DNA of 64,000 bases from Schizochytrium sp. TIO01 (GCA_004764695.1 SMSO01000035.1:2294001-2358000), one strand, 5' to 3'; counted from the first letter of the stretch, positions 1-12,938 are shown. The notes: generated from the sequence alone by a model not told the origin. A program made the numbers and translations.

Positions 1-481
1 CCTCGGGTTTGCAGACTGGCTTGGAAATGCTGTTTCCTGAGGATAGATTGAATTGCGATTACCTGCGCTGGGACCTACACATTACGATAGGAAGAGGGGG
101 AGGTATGGGGTGCTAGTGGCGCGTAGGAAACGGGTAGCGAGGCCTGTGGAAGTACGGGCGGTGTAATGGGATTAGGTGATGTAATGAATTGCATTTCGAG
201 TTGTGAAAACAGTTGATGAAATGTGGTAAACCACGATGGCGAAGTAAAGGAGATAAGGGAAGAGGCTAAGGAGGTCTGGGAACTGGGAATTGGGAATGGG
301 TACGGGTCACCTAGGAGGGGGTAAGGCTCCTTTGAAGAAGAAGAAAAAGAAGAAGAAGAAGAAGTGCTGTAGGAGCCAGGCTTGGGCAGAACTGGAGTGA
401 AGCAAACCCGTAACGCATTTTGGTGGAGATCGGTTTGATCGATTGGATCGTGGAGAGGAAGACCTCGGCAGCAAGAATAAA

Positions 482-2059
482 ATGACGACTCGCGTGGTGA
501 CGACGAAAGAGCTGGAGCAGCACAGCAAGCCCAGCGACGCATGGTTTGTCATCAATGGTAATGTGTACGATGTGAGCAAGTTCGCAATGATGCACCCCGG
601 TGGCGAGGAGATCTTGTATGAATATGCAGGCCAGGATGTGACCGAGACATTTTACGGACTTCACAGACAGGAAGTCCTCGAAAAGTTCGGACCTAAGCTT
701 CTTGTTGGCCGTCTCGAAGGCGCTGAGGAGGAAAACGACGATAACCGCGTCCTTTCGCGCTCGGATCTTAGCATCCTTCCTTTCGGCGAGAACCCCGCGT
801 TCCAAGGCTTTGCTTCACCATTCTGGAATGATTCCCATGTCCAGTTTCGCAAAACCGTCCGCAAGTGGCTCGAGGAGAATGTTCGTGAGGAAGCCGAGGC
901 TGGCGAACTCAGCGGCAAGGCTCCGAGCGACGAGCTCTTCAAGAAGATGGGCGAGGCTGGTCTGCTGGCAGGACGAATTGGACCTGGCCCTGCGATGAAA
1001 TATGCCCCTGAAAATCTCTTTGGCGTACCCAAGGATAAGTTCGACTACTTTTACGAAATGATCCTCCATGAGGAGGTCGGCCGCCTTGCCTGCCCGGGCT
1101 TCGTCGACGGCATTGGATCTGGTATGGCTATCGGCCTCCCCCCCGTGCTTCAGTTCGGACCCTCTTGGATGAAAGAGAAAGTCGCTAAGGAAGTACTCTC
1201 TGGTGAGAAGCGCATCTGCTTGGCCATCACCGAGGCCTTTGCAGGCTCTGATGTTGCCCATGTAAAGACCCGCGCTGAGCTTTCTGCAGATGGCTCGCAC
1301 TATGTTGTCAACGGTACCAAGAAGTGGATCACCAATGGTCACGACTCCCACTACTTTACCACACTTGTTCGCACTGGCGGTGAGGGCCATGGTGGTCTCT
1401 CCTTTCTCCTCATTGAGCGCAGCGAAGGTCTTGAAACCAAGAAAATCAAGACGTCCTACTCCCCCTCTGCTGGTACTGCATACATTACCTTTGAGAATGT
1501 CAAGGTACCCAAGGAAAACCTCATTGGAGCCGAGAATATGGGCTTCTTGCTCTCCATGTACAATTTTGTGCACGAGCGCTGGATGATCTGTGCATACATC
1601 ATTGCCGGCTCCCGCGGAATGATTGATGAGTGCTTGCGCTGGACCCAGCAGCGAAAGGCCTTTGGAAAGCCTTTGATCTCCCAACCTGTTGTGCGCAAGC
1701 AGCTTGGCGAAATGATCTCTCGTGTTGAATCTGTCTCCGCATGGTGCGAAAGCGTCACCTATCGCATGTGCAATATGCCATACGCTGATATGTCCTCCAA
1801 GCTTGCTGGCCAAATCTGCCTTCTTAAATATGAGGCGACCCGCGTCGCTCACGATGTGTGTGACATGGCTGTACAAATCTTTGGTGGGCGTGGTATCACC
1901 CAAGGTGGCATGGGCAAGTACGTGGAGCGCTTTATGCGTACCTACAAGTTTGCTAGCATTCTTGGTGGCAGCGAGGATATCCTCATTGATGCAGGGCTTC
2001 GTTTGGCTATGGCAAACGCTGCTAAGGAGGCTGGTGATCTGTCCCGTGCTCGTTTGTAA
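482..2059 (+). CDS. Cytochrome b5 domain fused to acyl-CoA dehydrogenase, with PTS1-like C-terminus (ARL)
   Basis: N-terminal b5 motifs (WFVINGNVYDV, HPGG, second His in FYGLH). ACAD motifs AITEAFAGSD, NGTKKWITNG, QRKAFGK, QIFGGRG and GGSE. First in-frame ATG is at 482; the ORF track starts at TTG 443. Confidence 0.93.
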   Translation: MTTRVVTTKELEQHSKPSDAWFVINGNVYDVSKFAMMHPGGEEILYEYAGQDVTETFYGLHRQEVLEKFGPKLLVGRLEGAEEENDDNRVLSRSDLSILPFGENPAFQGFASPFWNDSHVQFRKTVRKWLEENVREEAEAGELSGKAPSDELFKKMGEAGLLAGRIGPGPAMKYAPENLFGVPKDKFDYFYEMILHEEVGRLACPGFVDGIGSGMAIGLPPVLQFGPSWMKEKVAKEVLSGEKRICLAITEAFAGSDVAHVKTRAELSADGSHYVVNGTKKWITNGHDSHYFTTLVRTGGEGHGGLSFLLIERSEGLETKKIKTSYSPSAGTAYITFENVKVPKENLIGAENMGFLLSMYNFVHERWMICAYIIAGSRGMIDECLRWTQQRKAFGKPLISQPVVRKQLGEMISRVESVSAWCESVTYRMCNMPYADMSSKLAGQICLLKYEATRVAHDVCDMAVQIFGGRGITQGGMGKYVERFMRTYKFASILGGSEDILIDAGLRLAMANAAKEAGDLSRARL

Positions 2060-3086
2060 ATCTAAAATTCGGCAACCCATTTGAAAAGATGGGATGATGC
2101 CCGGACTACACTTGCTCCACCCGCAATCATCTATCGCGTATCTTATATACTTTTGTCACGTCTTGAGTCGTATCAGTGACAACTGACTCGTCCCATTTAC
2201 TACTTTAAATATTTTATATCGAGCATGCCTAATCTGAAGAGGTATGTGACGTAAAGTAAAATCATTCATATTTCTAAATTATATAGGAACCCTCTTGCCT
2301 GTGATTTCTTTGCTACATACACTATTCTCTGGTGAGAAAATTTCTTGCTCTGGATTTTGTGTGTACCCCATTGGCATGGACGGATACCAAATGTCATGAT
2401 AAGAGTATTCTGTTTCTTCTATTTCCGTTTTGCGTTCAAGTTAGCAATCCCAACAAAACCAAGTCAAACTTTGTCTAGTATAAAGGATCAAATTGAACCA
2501 GGCATGTGCATGTGCAAGAGCGAGCATCATACACAAAAATGGAACTTGGTGTTGTTTTTGTATTTGGTGAACGGGACTTTACAACTTTTTGACTTCGGTT
2601 TTGTTGAAGTAAAAATTTATTAAGACTTATTGATTGTTAGAAAGCTGAAAGTGGTATAAAAGCATCTAAATTACTCTACTGCTCTTGTCGAGGGAGTCAT
2701 CCCAACTGTTTGGTTTTTTGTCATTCCAACGCATCTTGAATCCAATGCCTATGAACACCTTAAAATTTATATTTAACAGAGTTCCATACACTGTTTTGCT
2801 TGCTTTGCTTTGCTTTGGTGGGGTTGGGGTGGGTGGGTTAACACATGATAGATGTGGAATACTTTGACTTTGACTTAATTGAAAGACAAAGGAATCAGAG
2901 GAGCACCATCTACCTCGTGCGTGCGGGTGATAAACATATTTGAACCCCAACATTGCTCTTGTAATACGAAGCGCTAGGGTAGGTACTAGAAGCCTCCTAA
3001 CGGATATTACATTATTAAAGGTGTGCACCTGCACTACTTTTTCCTGTTAGGCAAAGCAAGAAACAGCAAAAGCATATTCTAATAGA

Positions 3087-4586
3087 ATGTCAACTGCAGC
3101 AGCCCGGCGTCGCCTTTTTGCTCGAGTCGAGCATGTCGAATCGCAATTGCAAGCTCTCATTGAGGGTAAGCTTGATGAAGATTCGATGCAATCATTGTCT
3201 TTGGCCTCGCGAGCCTCAAGACGTTTCTCTGGAGTAGCCCCAAAAAGACTTTCAGCATACGTCCACGATCTGCGTATGGCTAAAAACGAAGAAGTAAATG
3301 CAACAGCTACGAATCGTGTTGATGATGCTGTGTGGCGATTAATTGCAGACCAAGAGGATGAAGTGATGAGGATTGTACAGTTAGGTGAACAAGCAGACCA
3401 ACAGAAGAAGGAAGAGATCCAGCATCTTTCAGGCCAACGAGAAGAGCAAGAAGATATCGAACCCAAAGATCTTTGGAAAGCAGGCGCTCGTAGTCAACAC
3501 GTTCGTGATGGTAAATACAACATGGCAATACGAAATGCAAAGTTTGAGGCTCAAGGAAGTATGCCTGCGTGGGTACGACGCTTGAGTGACACTGTGTTTT
3601 TACTTGATCACTTTGGGTTTTCAGCAGATACATGGTGGAGACCACGATTCTTGGGTGAACTTGATGCAGTTGGGGATACTTTGAAAAAATATGAAGAGCG
3701 CCAAACCCCTGTGACTCGGCAACTCTTGGCAAGTATTGTACAGTGTAGACTGGAAATCAACACTCTCACTGCCCGACAACTTATAAATCGTGTGCATGAC
3801 ATGTTGTTGCTTGCAGAGGACATTGACAACGAGTGGGGTGCTAAAATGCGGGCCCATCGAAAGCTTCATACAGATTGGATGTCATCTCGGCAAGCCTACC
3901 GGAAGGAACTGCATGAATTGAGCGCTAATCGTGTTCACAAGGTTGGTGTACAAGGCCCAAAATTTGGATTCTACAAGGCTTCAGCAATGCCTCTAGTTCC
4001 ACTCCCAACTCGCGGCTCTCTTCAAGCACGAAAATTAGCTGCCGCGCAGGCTGTTCTTGCGATCTTGGACAAGGTGGAACAGCTGCCTGTAAATCAGCAT
4101 ACGGAAAATGAAATATATGGTGACTATCTTGCGCTATTGGCGACTTGTGCTCAACAAGGACTCTGGCATATATCAATACCAATATATCATTCACTATGGA
4201 AGAATCTTCGTCATCGTGTCAGTTTAGACACATATCGTTTGATCATCACCGCTTGCAAGCATGCTTCGCCTTGTAACTCAGTACAAGCCATTCAAGTATT
4301 GGCAGAGGTCCGTCAACAAGGGTTTACACCAGATGTCATGTTATTTAATGCGATTATTGACGCATGTGTTCCAAAATCAGAATGGCGATCCGCCGCTCGG
4401 CTTGTTCGAGTCATGGCAAATTTAAACATAGCAGCAACCCCTGTAACTTACGATACGCTGTATAAAGTCTGTGCCAAAGCACCTTTGGATCATGCTCCTC
4501 TTATTTATGAAACAATGAAACTTGCTGGTGTACCGGAAACTATTGCCTTTGCCTGTGCAAGGTCTAATTTATACAAAAGTCCGTAA
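3087..4586 (+). CDS. Pentatricopeptide repeat (PPR)-containing protein
   Basis: 499-aa ORF with C-terminal PPR-like units (TYRLIITACK; GFTPDVMLFNAIIDAC; ATPVTYDTLYKVC). Confidence 0.75.
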   Translation: MSTAAARRRLFARVEHVESQLQALIEGKLDEDSMQSLSLASRASRRFSGVAPKRLSAYVHDLRMAKNEEVNATATNRVDDAVWRLIADQEDEVMRIVQLGEQADQQKKEEIQHLSGQREEQEDIEPKDLWKAGARSQHVRDGKYNMAIRNAKFEAQGSMPAWVRRLSDTVFLLDHFGFSADTWWRPRFLGELDAVGDTLKKYEERQTPVTRQLLASIVQCRLEINTLTARQLINRVHDMLLLAEDIDNEWGAKMRAHRKLHTDWMSSRQAYRKELHELSANRVHKVGVQGPKFGFYKASAMPLVPLPTRGSLQARKLAAAQAVLAILDKVEQLPVNQHTENEIYGDYLALLATCAQQGLWHISIPIYHSLWKNLRHRVSLDTYRLIITACKHASPCNSVQAIQVLAEVRQQGFTPDVMLFNAIIDACVPKSEWRSAARLVRVMANLNIAATPVTYDTLYKVCAKAPLDHAPLIYETMKLAGVPETIAFACARSNLYKSP

Positions 4587-4896
4587 ACTCCAAATAAAAT
4601 GTAATTTGAAGTCAACTGACTTCTGATTTTTTATGTATTCCACTTGGGAAATACGAAAAGACGCTGATTCAGTGTTCTTCTCGTTTCGGTTCTTGATAAA
4701 GTACAATGGAAAGCATTACAACTCTCTGGTACAGTATCCATCTCTTATCATTACCTAAAGGGTTATTCAAAGGCTGGTAATATTCATTTTCTGTGCTTAT
4801 GTCTGTCTACCTTGATGAAAGAGGATGACACTGCTTTCGATATACCTACTATCTACGACCAAATGTTATATGGCTATGAATAAATAGCCCATGCTT

Positions 4897-5001
4897 TTAA
4901 ATATAGCTTGATAGCAAATCCAAAGTAGTCGCCGATTTAGGAGACCGAGGCAACGTTCCTTTATAGAAACTTTTTGCATAGTCCAGACCTTGATGGAACA
5001 T
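4897..5001 (-). CDS. Possible divergent fifth member of the micropeptide family (MFHQGLDYAKSFYKGTLPRSPKSATTLDLLSSYI)
   Basis: Hand translation. PRSPKSA resembles PRSPNSA of the 14593 copy, and TLDLLSSY resembles TVDVLPTF, but RxR and the Pro are missing. A branch/acceptor-like GACTAAGCAG lies just upstream. Confidence 0.2.
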   Translation of the reverse strand: MFHQGLDYAKSFYKGTLPRSPKSATTLDLLSSYI

Positions 5002-8000
5002 TTCAGTAACCTGCTTAGTCCTAATCTCTGATTAACTTTCAGGAAAAAGTCAGGAATAGGGAATGTATTGACTAAGTATAATCTAAATTCAAGTATAGAA
5101 TAGAAAGGAAATTGGAGGCAAGCTCAAAGCGATTAGTTACTATCTAGGCGGAAAAGCTTACACACACTGACATTCTCAGGGCGACCATGCTATAAATGCA
5201 CTGACCCAGCCATTTTTGGTGGCTTCCTGCTAGGCGTTACCCAAGTCCGTGTTACCCCTAGTACACCACAGGGAAGCTTTCGTTATTATCCCTTTCTTGC
5301 GCTACTGCCAACTCTTTTGTTTGAAGTTAGACCAAATTTCTGCGGCAGCGAATATGAATCGACCTTTAGGTGGATGAGAAAGTAGAAGCGAAAAGGCCGA
5401 GAGCTTAATTAAAGAAGAAGAATAAAGAAGAAAAAAAAATTAGAAAAATCAGAAAACGGAAAAGAATCCATCTTTTATCCTTAGGAACCCGTTGAAGGCA
5501 AAAAACTTCCAGCCAACAGGCTCGTGCCATCGAAGAAAACATCTATCTGAACAAGAAGCAAAACTGACTGGAGAGCGCCATGAGCGCCCCGAGCGAGATG
5601 CCTTCGTTTCAGTGATCCATCTATCATAGGCTAGAACTGATTTGCTCGACAACTGCACCATTCTTGTGGCATAGTGAAGGGTCGGTTGATAATACTGCAT
5701 CGAGGCTCACCTAGAGCATTGTTGATTTCTCATACCACACGTTGTTAACGAAGCAAGGTAGCTTGCTTGAGACTACATTATCCCATAAACATCAACAAGC
5801 AAGAGACTAAGTTAGTGTTACGCTTCTTCTCTTGCGAATTCATAACGCGTATTTCTCATTGGACTGCCGAGATCGGTTTCGTCGTAGTGCAATCATGACC
5901 TTGGCAGGTCAAGCTACGAGAAGCAGAAATAAGAAGAAATACTTGCTGCAGGATATAGAATCGCTGCCGGCGCCGTGAATTAATAGACGCGTAACTCTCA
6001 CGAGAATTCGTCCCCGGACGCTTCGTCAGATATTCGAGCGAGAATGAACCAATTGTGTGATACGGATAACTAGATGAGAAATTTGGTAGGCGAAAAGCCT
6101 CCAGCCTGTAGGCATTGGTCCTGTCCAGATCACGATTTTCTGATTTATAACACACAACACATTGATAAAATTGCCGAACTTGTACTTCAAGGCGTTGTCT
6201 GATTTTGATGGTGACCAAGGTCAAATTACTGAAAATTGATCTGAGAAAACGCGAATTTGAACCTGGACCTGTCGGGATTCACATACTTTGGTGTTTATTC
6301 GCAAATCAAATTAGAGTTTGGATTAATTTCAGTTCGGCAGATCACTCTACTGGTTTTCCGAGAAGCCCGAGGTTCTCGTTGAAAACCTTGCCCATGTTAG
6401 ATGGTTTGTGACATTTAATTCCTACTGTAATGTCTAAGATTCGTTACAATGAGATATAAAATACTTTTATTCTTTGTTTCGCCTTTTCGACTAATATATA
6501 TAAATTTATTCAATTATAATTACTTATATATATATAATTTTATTTATAAAAAATAAAATAAAAATTAAAAGTTTGTTTTGGGGGTCATACAAAGGTAGAA
6601 AAGATTTAATAAATAATAATAAAAATGTCTGGATTTGATCGGAACATGGTTCGTGATGTAAGACGTTCAAATCCAGGTCTATAGCCTATATGTTTTGTGA
6701 GCAGAGGATCATACTCGAACAAATTACGGCATAACATTTATCCGTGCTGCCCAGGAAGCAATGCTAGGCTCGAAGGAAGTTCCGATGGCAGACGCCAAGA
6801 GCTTCTTTATATTCTTCCTCAGAACTCTGAAAGTCCATTTAGTGTAAAAAGTAGCTACTTCCTCCATCTTATACAGTGCATTCGATTTTCAGTTTTAAAA
6901 AAATAAAAATAAAAATAAAAAACTACTACTATTACCACTAATTCTAATATTAGTATTAGTATTTTCTTTGCAATTGTAATTTTTGACAATTTACGACGAT
7001 TTCTCTTGTGAATTTGCAATTATTCTCTAGGAAAATAAGGGTTGTCACCCACAGATTCGTTGCTTAGCAATAATTTCCGATGCTTCAATATAGGTAGCCT
7101 TTTTGCCAGCCAAAAAGGGATTCGCCTACATGTTGACACGTGGCTGACCCAGGGGAGCAGACTTGTACTGCTCGTTCTTTAACATAGGTAGCCCGGATCC
7201 GAGGCATTCGGTCTTGTATGCTAGGTTGTTGTATTAATGAATTCAATCCAAACACAAAGGAGTTGGAAGACCTATCTTACTTCGGCTGTCACAGAGGCTT
7301 CCCTGCCGTCGGAGATGGCTGGCCACCATCCAGTTCTGTCCTAAACAACATTGAACTTGAACTACTATAAGTGCACTAGACCAAAGTTGGCCTTGTTATG
7401 TCCCTGTTTTGACCTACACCATCAGAAGAGCGTCTGCGAACTTATACAAGACCACCATCAAGGTTAGCTGGCGGCGCTTTTGGCATTATGCTGAAGCAGC
7501 TCAACTTGAAGGAAAGAACTCAATACTGAAAGACCTGGGTGAAAGACCTAAATGGAAAAGAAAGGGAACGGAAGAAGCGTGAAAGACCTGAAAGAAGCAT
7601 GGACCATTCGGGTGAACGGGAAAGGAGGCATTTTACTACCCAGTGTAACACTGAAGTAGAATGGAAGAAACCAGAGGATAGAAACTCTGGTGGAGTCCCC
7701 TCTAATGCGTCACCTGCGAAGAGGTTTTCCTTGAAGAGTGGCTCATCACAAGGGTTTGGGAATTCCTGGTGGATCCTGAGACCTAAATGAGATTCTCAGA
7801 TCGTCAGCGAGGCCTCACCCGCAAGCATACTTCTAGCCTCGCGTACCGAGTTTATTGTACTCGCGTTGTGGGCTGCAATACAGTTTGAGAGGTATCAGAT
7901 GGCAAAGAACGACCGAGAGGCATCTCGGATGCGTCGCCGGTGGAAGTCAGTATATTCCGTTGAGATGGAGCCTCTTGGACACTAAATTGTTTAGGTTATA

Positions 8001-10192
8001 GAATAAACCGTATATGAAAAGTATAAGGAATGAAGTCGGAAGATTGCCGCATCCCTTACTCGTTTCCAAAGAAAGCTTTGCAGATATGGCAGCGGTCCCT
8101 CACGTGGGTAAGGTGCAATCTAAACGAAGTAAAGCCACGATTGCAAGAAAAAAAAATGGCAGCTGCAGTGGACCTGGGTAAGTAAGACAGAAGCCACTTT
8201 AAATAAAAGCTGTGATTAGAGATCGCAAAAACTTTGGTAAAATGAAAGGGCGTGTTCGACGCCTGCCTTATGGGGCGGTTCCTCATGCATTTAACACACA
8301 AGTTGGGTGAGCTCTTTTGCCCGAATTTACAAAACTCATCAATTCGCAAACTTCAGTTCTTATTGGTGGAGTACCCTCTTTATATTATTCTGATTTTATA
8401 CTATCTCTAGCAATAGTTTGCATGACGTCCTGCGTCGCGACATGAACGAAACGACATGAGGAATCGACGGACATCTGTGGAACTATTTCATTGCCAGCCA
8501 TGAATTGAATTCATAGTCAAATATCCACACTGAACATTGCAGACTTAGTCACATTCTCTGAATTTGGACTAGTAGTCATCCAAAAGTAAGCACGGCTCCT
8601 GGAGAGGTCTAAGAAAATGCCAGGAGTAAGGTCATATGGAGTTCCTGGAGTACATATCTAGATACCATCCTCTCTGGCATATCTGCACCTTGAAGGCCTT
8701 AGTTGATTGACAGGACGTGAGAAAGAGATGACCCAATAAACTGCTGCAGTCTATTTACATGACTTATGAAAGAATAGACTATGCCGCCGAGTACAAGAGG
8801 TTGCCCTACTTCAGTTATTAACTTTATTCAATTTCTAGTAGAAGTTTGAAAAGATTCCTTTCAAGTAAAACATATGAAAACTCCCACGTCAAGAAAATAT
8901 TCTGAACAAAAGCAGGACAAAACCCATCTATAAGAAGGTTTTCTAACCCAGGCTTCATGGCGCGGTACTCCGGATCGGCATGAGATTTATTTTCGTCATC
9001 TCCGAAATAAGTGATTGAGTATGATTTAAAAAAATAAATCATCTTCTTTCATTTCTTGGACTCTTTTGGCTAATGTACTACATAGCTCCGATCGATAACT
9101 TCGCACTTTCTCTTCCTACACAAGTATGATGCCTTTTTTTCTTTATTTTTGGCCCTTAGGTTCCTCTACATTTATACTAGTACTATTTGCAGAGGAAACA
9201 AGATGAAGAAAAGAAGAAGCAATCTTTATTTCTTCCCCTCGAGAAACTCGTTTGTCACCCCCACTTTTTCGGTCCTCTTCTTCGCCCTGTTCCGAAGAAA
9301 ACCACAGCAGCAGTCTACTCACCTGCAATGCTTTTTGCTTCTCTGTAGTCGTCCTCACGAGTGCCTAGCTTCTGTTCCGAAGCATTTTCGTGCTTCACGT
9401 TGATCGAGAATTCTCGCCAGATTACTTGTGTTGGCTGGTGCGGTGCCGTGAAGGAGTGCTGCTGCTTCTTTTCCTATGTATGTATGTATCTGAGGCGGCC
9501 ATTTCCTTACCGACTACTGCTGTCATTCTTGAAAACAGTAGGGTCGAAGTACCGTTTCCCAATAGTGTCCTTTGGCTTGTTTTTATTTTAAAAACTATAA
9601 TAAGTATAAAAGCATTATTCTATTTTTTTTATTTCCCCCCATTTTGAGAGTACGATAGGTACTAATTACTTAGGTACTTACTTACCTACTACATAGTCTT
9701 TTTCTTTTTTTTTTTAAACTGACAAAAAAGTCAGGAATCTTTTAAACTGAGGTGCCTTGGCTTGTGAAGTCCTAAAGCTCCGAGGTCCATGATCGATGCA
9801 AATGACGTCTTTGAGTAACACGAGGTTCCTACGACAGCGAAGGAATCTATACGTAGAGTGTCGTACTTCCCTGCGCCGGATTGGAATAGTCTACAGGAAT
9901 AAAACATTCTTAGCAAGCCTCAAACAACGTCTAGGAACGATAAGGTGACAAGATAGAAGGAAGAAGCGGGAGGCTGGTTGGACCTATTTGTTTCGCCTAG
10001 GGATACCTTAGGCACTTGTTGTCACAGGAAGAAGCTAGCCAGGCAGGAAGCTCTGTAGGCAAACCCTCAACAACATAACTGAGACAAAACTGCAACTCAA
10101 AGCCTCCACAAAAATCTCAAGGAGAGCAAAACCCCAACTATCATATAATCAGAAAGAAAGTCTACATCAACAGGAGCTTTAAGAAAATCAAC

Positions 10193-10369
10193 ATGCTTGA
10201 ACGCTCCTCAAGCTCCACGACAAGTTTCGTTGGGACAAGAAAACTGGTGCGTCGAGGAGAGTCACCACAGGATGCAAGGCAGACCAAAGCCCCTGCATAT
10301 TTCAGACCTCGGCTCAATCATAACGAGGTCCTCCCAACATACGTCGCAAAAGATGGCCAAGAGAAATAA
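10193..10369 (+). CDS. Micropeptide family member 1, 58 aa (MLERSSSSTTSFVGTRKLVRRGESPQDARQTKAPAYFRPRLNHNEVLPTYVAKDGQEK)
   Basis: Hand-translated ATG..TAA in an A-rich context (aatcaacATG). Shares RKLVRxG with the 14593 copy and the RPRLxxxxVLPxY motif with three other sORFs. Confidence 0.7.
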   Translation: MLERSSSSTTSFVGTRKLVRRGESPQDARQTKAPAYFRPRLNHNEVLPTYVAKDGQEK

Positions 10370-11359
10370 GATTAGAACAGCCGAGACCTCTTGTTTCATA
10401 TCATTTAACTTTCTTGCCTGGAAAGTACTAGATGTTTCGCTCCCTTCTTTTGACATATAGCGTGAGGGAGTTGAACACATATTCTTCGTCATTTTTGAAA
10501 CCATTTTTGCCTGTGCTATTTACCAGCACTATTAAGAGCAACTGCTCTCCTCCTCAACTCTGATCCCTGCGAAGCGCTCGCTAACACCTAAATGCCATTA
10601 TCAGTCTTACTATTGGTGGTGCGTGAACCCCTTTAACTTTTAATTCGTGATAGCTTTGGTCCTATAATAACCTTTGACTTTGGTTTCGCTTGAATCCTGT
10701 GTACCCTCTTCATGTGTCTGTAGGAGACAACCCTCCTAGAGTTTAAATATGATGCCATTATTATAGATTATGTAAATTTTCTAATCCTAGAAGGCTTTCC
10801 TATGCTGCATCATAATTTTGAGACTATGCCTTTAAGCAATATTCTGATACGGACAGACATTGTTTCAATGATATCGCTTATTGCATTTACAAGAGCTATG
10901 CTTCTTCTCAGAACATATTGCTAATCTTAATATTGCTCATTTAAGTTGTTTAAATAAGCATGACATAGTAGACAAATTATAGTAAATCTCTTCCAACATA
11001 CTGGCTTAATGTCTTGAACAATGAGGTGAGATATTAAGATTAGAATAAGTTTACATATTCGCACTTGCGTTTTAAATCGCTGTTGCAATTTAAGTTCTAT
11101 TAATATTTGGGTTCACAAGCTTAGCACTAGAACAAGCCACCCTGTTTGAAGTTTCTTTCAAATTGATTAGTCTAACTTTAAACAACAACAAAACAAGAAC
11201 TTACAATTAAGGGTTTATTCTTTACGTTTCTGTCAGTTCCTAGATATTTCGAACCTCGAGTTGATACACATATAAGAGCAATACCAACTTATGAAGCTAT
11301 AGTTTGAGAGATGGCATGACAGTCTAATTAGGATTAAGATAGTGAATTTTAATTTATAT

Positions 11360-11362
<3 letters not shown>

Positions 11363-11398
<36 letters not shown>

Positions 11399-11475
11399 AC
11401 AAACAAACAAACAAACAAACAAACAAACAAACAAACAAACAAACAAACAAACAAACAAACAAACAAACAAACAAA
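11363..11475 (+). repeat. Compound microsatellite (CAG)11(CAAA)20
   Basis: Directly visible; accounts for the spurious ORFs 11233-11466 and 11342-11530. Confidence 0.97.
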
Positions 11476-12038
11476 CGAAAAGAGAAATCAGGCGTTGAAG
11501 AAATTGAAATTCTCAACTCTTTCTTTGTAAGAATATGATTATCAGCAAGGTAGCACTAACTTGTGAGAATAGTCATTGGAACTAGCACGCATTTTTGTCA
11601 GAAGAGGAACCACATACGCCATGATCAAGACACATTTGGTATTTCTTTTCGCTAAGCAAATCCAGTGACCCAGGTGACCAGGTGACGCGGGTGCTACTGG
11701 AAGTGTCTCAAATTTTAATTCAGTGACCAGTAAAATCTCGGACCAGGCCATGAGCTAAACATCTAATAGTACTCAAGGCTCCAAAGAATTCGATTTGGCA
11801 ACACCAACAAATCTAAAACTTTAAAAGGTACGGTAGCCAAATCGAAAGATTCGTTCTTAAAGTTCACTGGACGCACACTGTGGCGATGGGGAGAATTAAA
11901 GTATTTCTTAAAGCTTTCAAACCAGTATTACGATACCGCAACATGATGCACGACTGTGCTTATGCGAGACTCAATAAGCTGCAGCATTCTGTTTAAAAGA
12001 GGCTACTTTAAGTTAGTTTCATTCGGGGACTGTGACAT

Positions 12039-12053
12039 CCCCCCCCCCCCCCC
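12039..12053. repeat. Poly-C tract (15 nt; G15 on minus strand)
   Basis: Directly visible. Confidence 0.95.
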
Positions 12054-12938
12054 AACCAGTCTTTGGTGCAATCATCTAACTATCGGTGGTTGAGTGAAGA
12101 CTCAAATTCCTCTTCAAAGCTATGTGAAAGCCAGCAAGTATTGCACAGGCTGACGTTTCAGAGTAGTTATGAATGAAAGCAATACGGTTGACGTTTCACG
12201 GTAGTAGAGCAGGTGCACACCCGCGCACCTGAACACTTGCAACTGACATTAGAATTGGATACCTTCTTTTCTTTTTTTCTGGGTTACTATAGTAGTTATC
12301 TATCGCAGCATAAGGGTGGATATAAAATACGCAAAACTTTGAAAAACTCAACTCGGATGAAAAGGTACTGGTTGAGATGAAGGTTTTTATGTCTGGCTGA
12401 GCTAAGCAAATCGTCTGGATAAGGCACAAATAAGAAATAATTAAAGCAGCTTGAGGTACACGGCTTCATATCATTCGGTGACATTTAAAAACAAATGAAA
12501 TTGCCTCTACCATTAGAAGTCTCCAGTTGTCACAAGGCAATCCCATCACGCAAGCTGGATTCGGTATTCTAAAGCTACAGCTTTCGAAAACCCCGCTTAG
12601 TCGAGATTGACAAGTGTCATCATAGATTACGTTTTAAATGGCTAAATACGCGTTTCGGAGGAGTTTCCCACGAATAGTTGCACGAAAGACATTTTCAAAG
12701 TGTGAATGGATTCATTTGATATATTGATATATAACCGCAGCATTTGATAGCTTCAAGGGGTGGGACTCAATGAAACGCAACAAACAAGCAACCAAACCTG
12801 CAACATATGTTTTGGGAACATAGATTCTCCGTCGGAGATCTGAAGCAGGCTCCGCTCTGCAGCGTATAGAAGGTCTTCACGAATCATCATTGCGAGGTGC
12901 GATCTTGTGAAACCAACTACGCCCTGTCGCAAGTTAAA

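Noticed and set aside
815-2080. 421-aa antisense ORF, plus other ORFs overlapping real genes
   Set aside because: Antisense shadows of codon-biased genes with no recognisable motifs.
5391-5403. CTCTCGGCCTTTT on the minus strand resembling the U2 snRNA 5' end
   Set aside because: The match stops there; no GTAGTA branch-pairing sequence follows.
6665-6674. B-box-like GTTCAAATCC
   Set aside because: No cloverleaf or acceptor stem can be folded around it.
6697-6906. ORF containing RRQELLYILP
   Set aside because: GTG start, motif not C-terminal and no Y/F after LPx; too weak for family membership.
7527-7589. Three TGAAAGACCT copies considered as a CRISPR-like array
   Set aside because: Short 10-mers with irregular spacing, eukaryotic context and no cas genes.
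11233-11530. Poly-Q/TNKQ and FVCL ORFs
   Set aside because: Translations of the (CAG)(CAAA) microsatellite.
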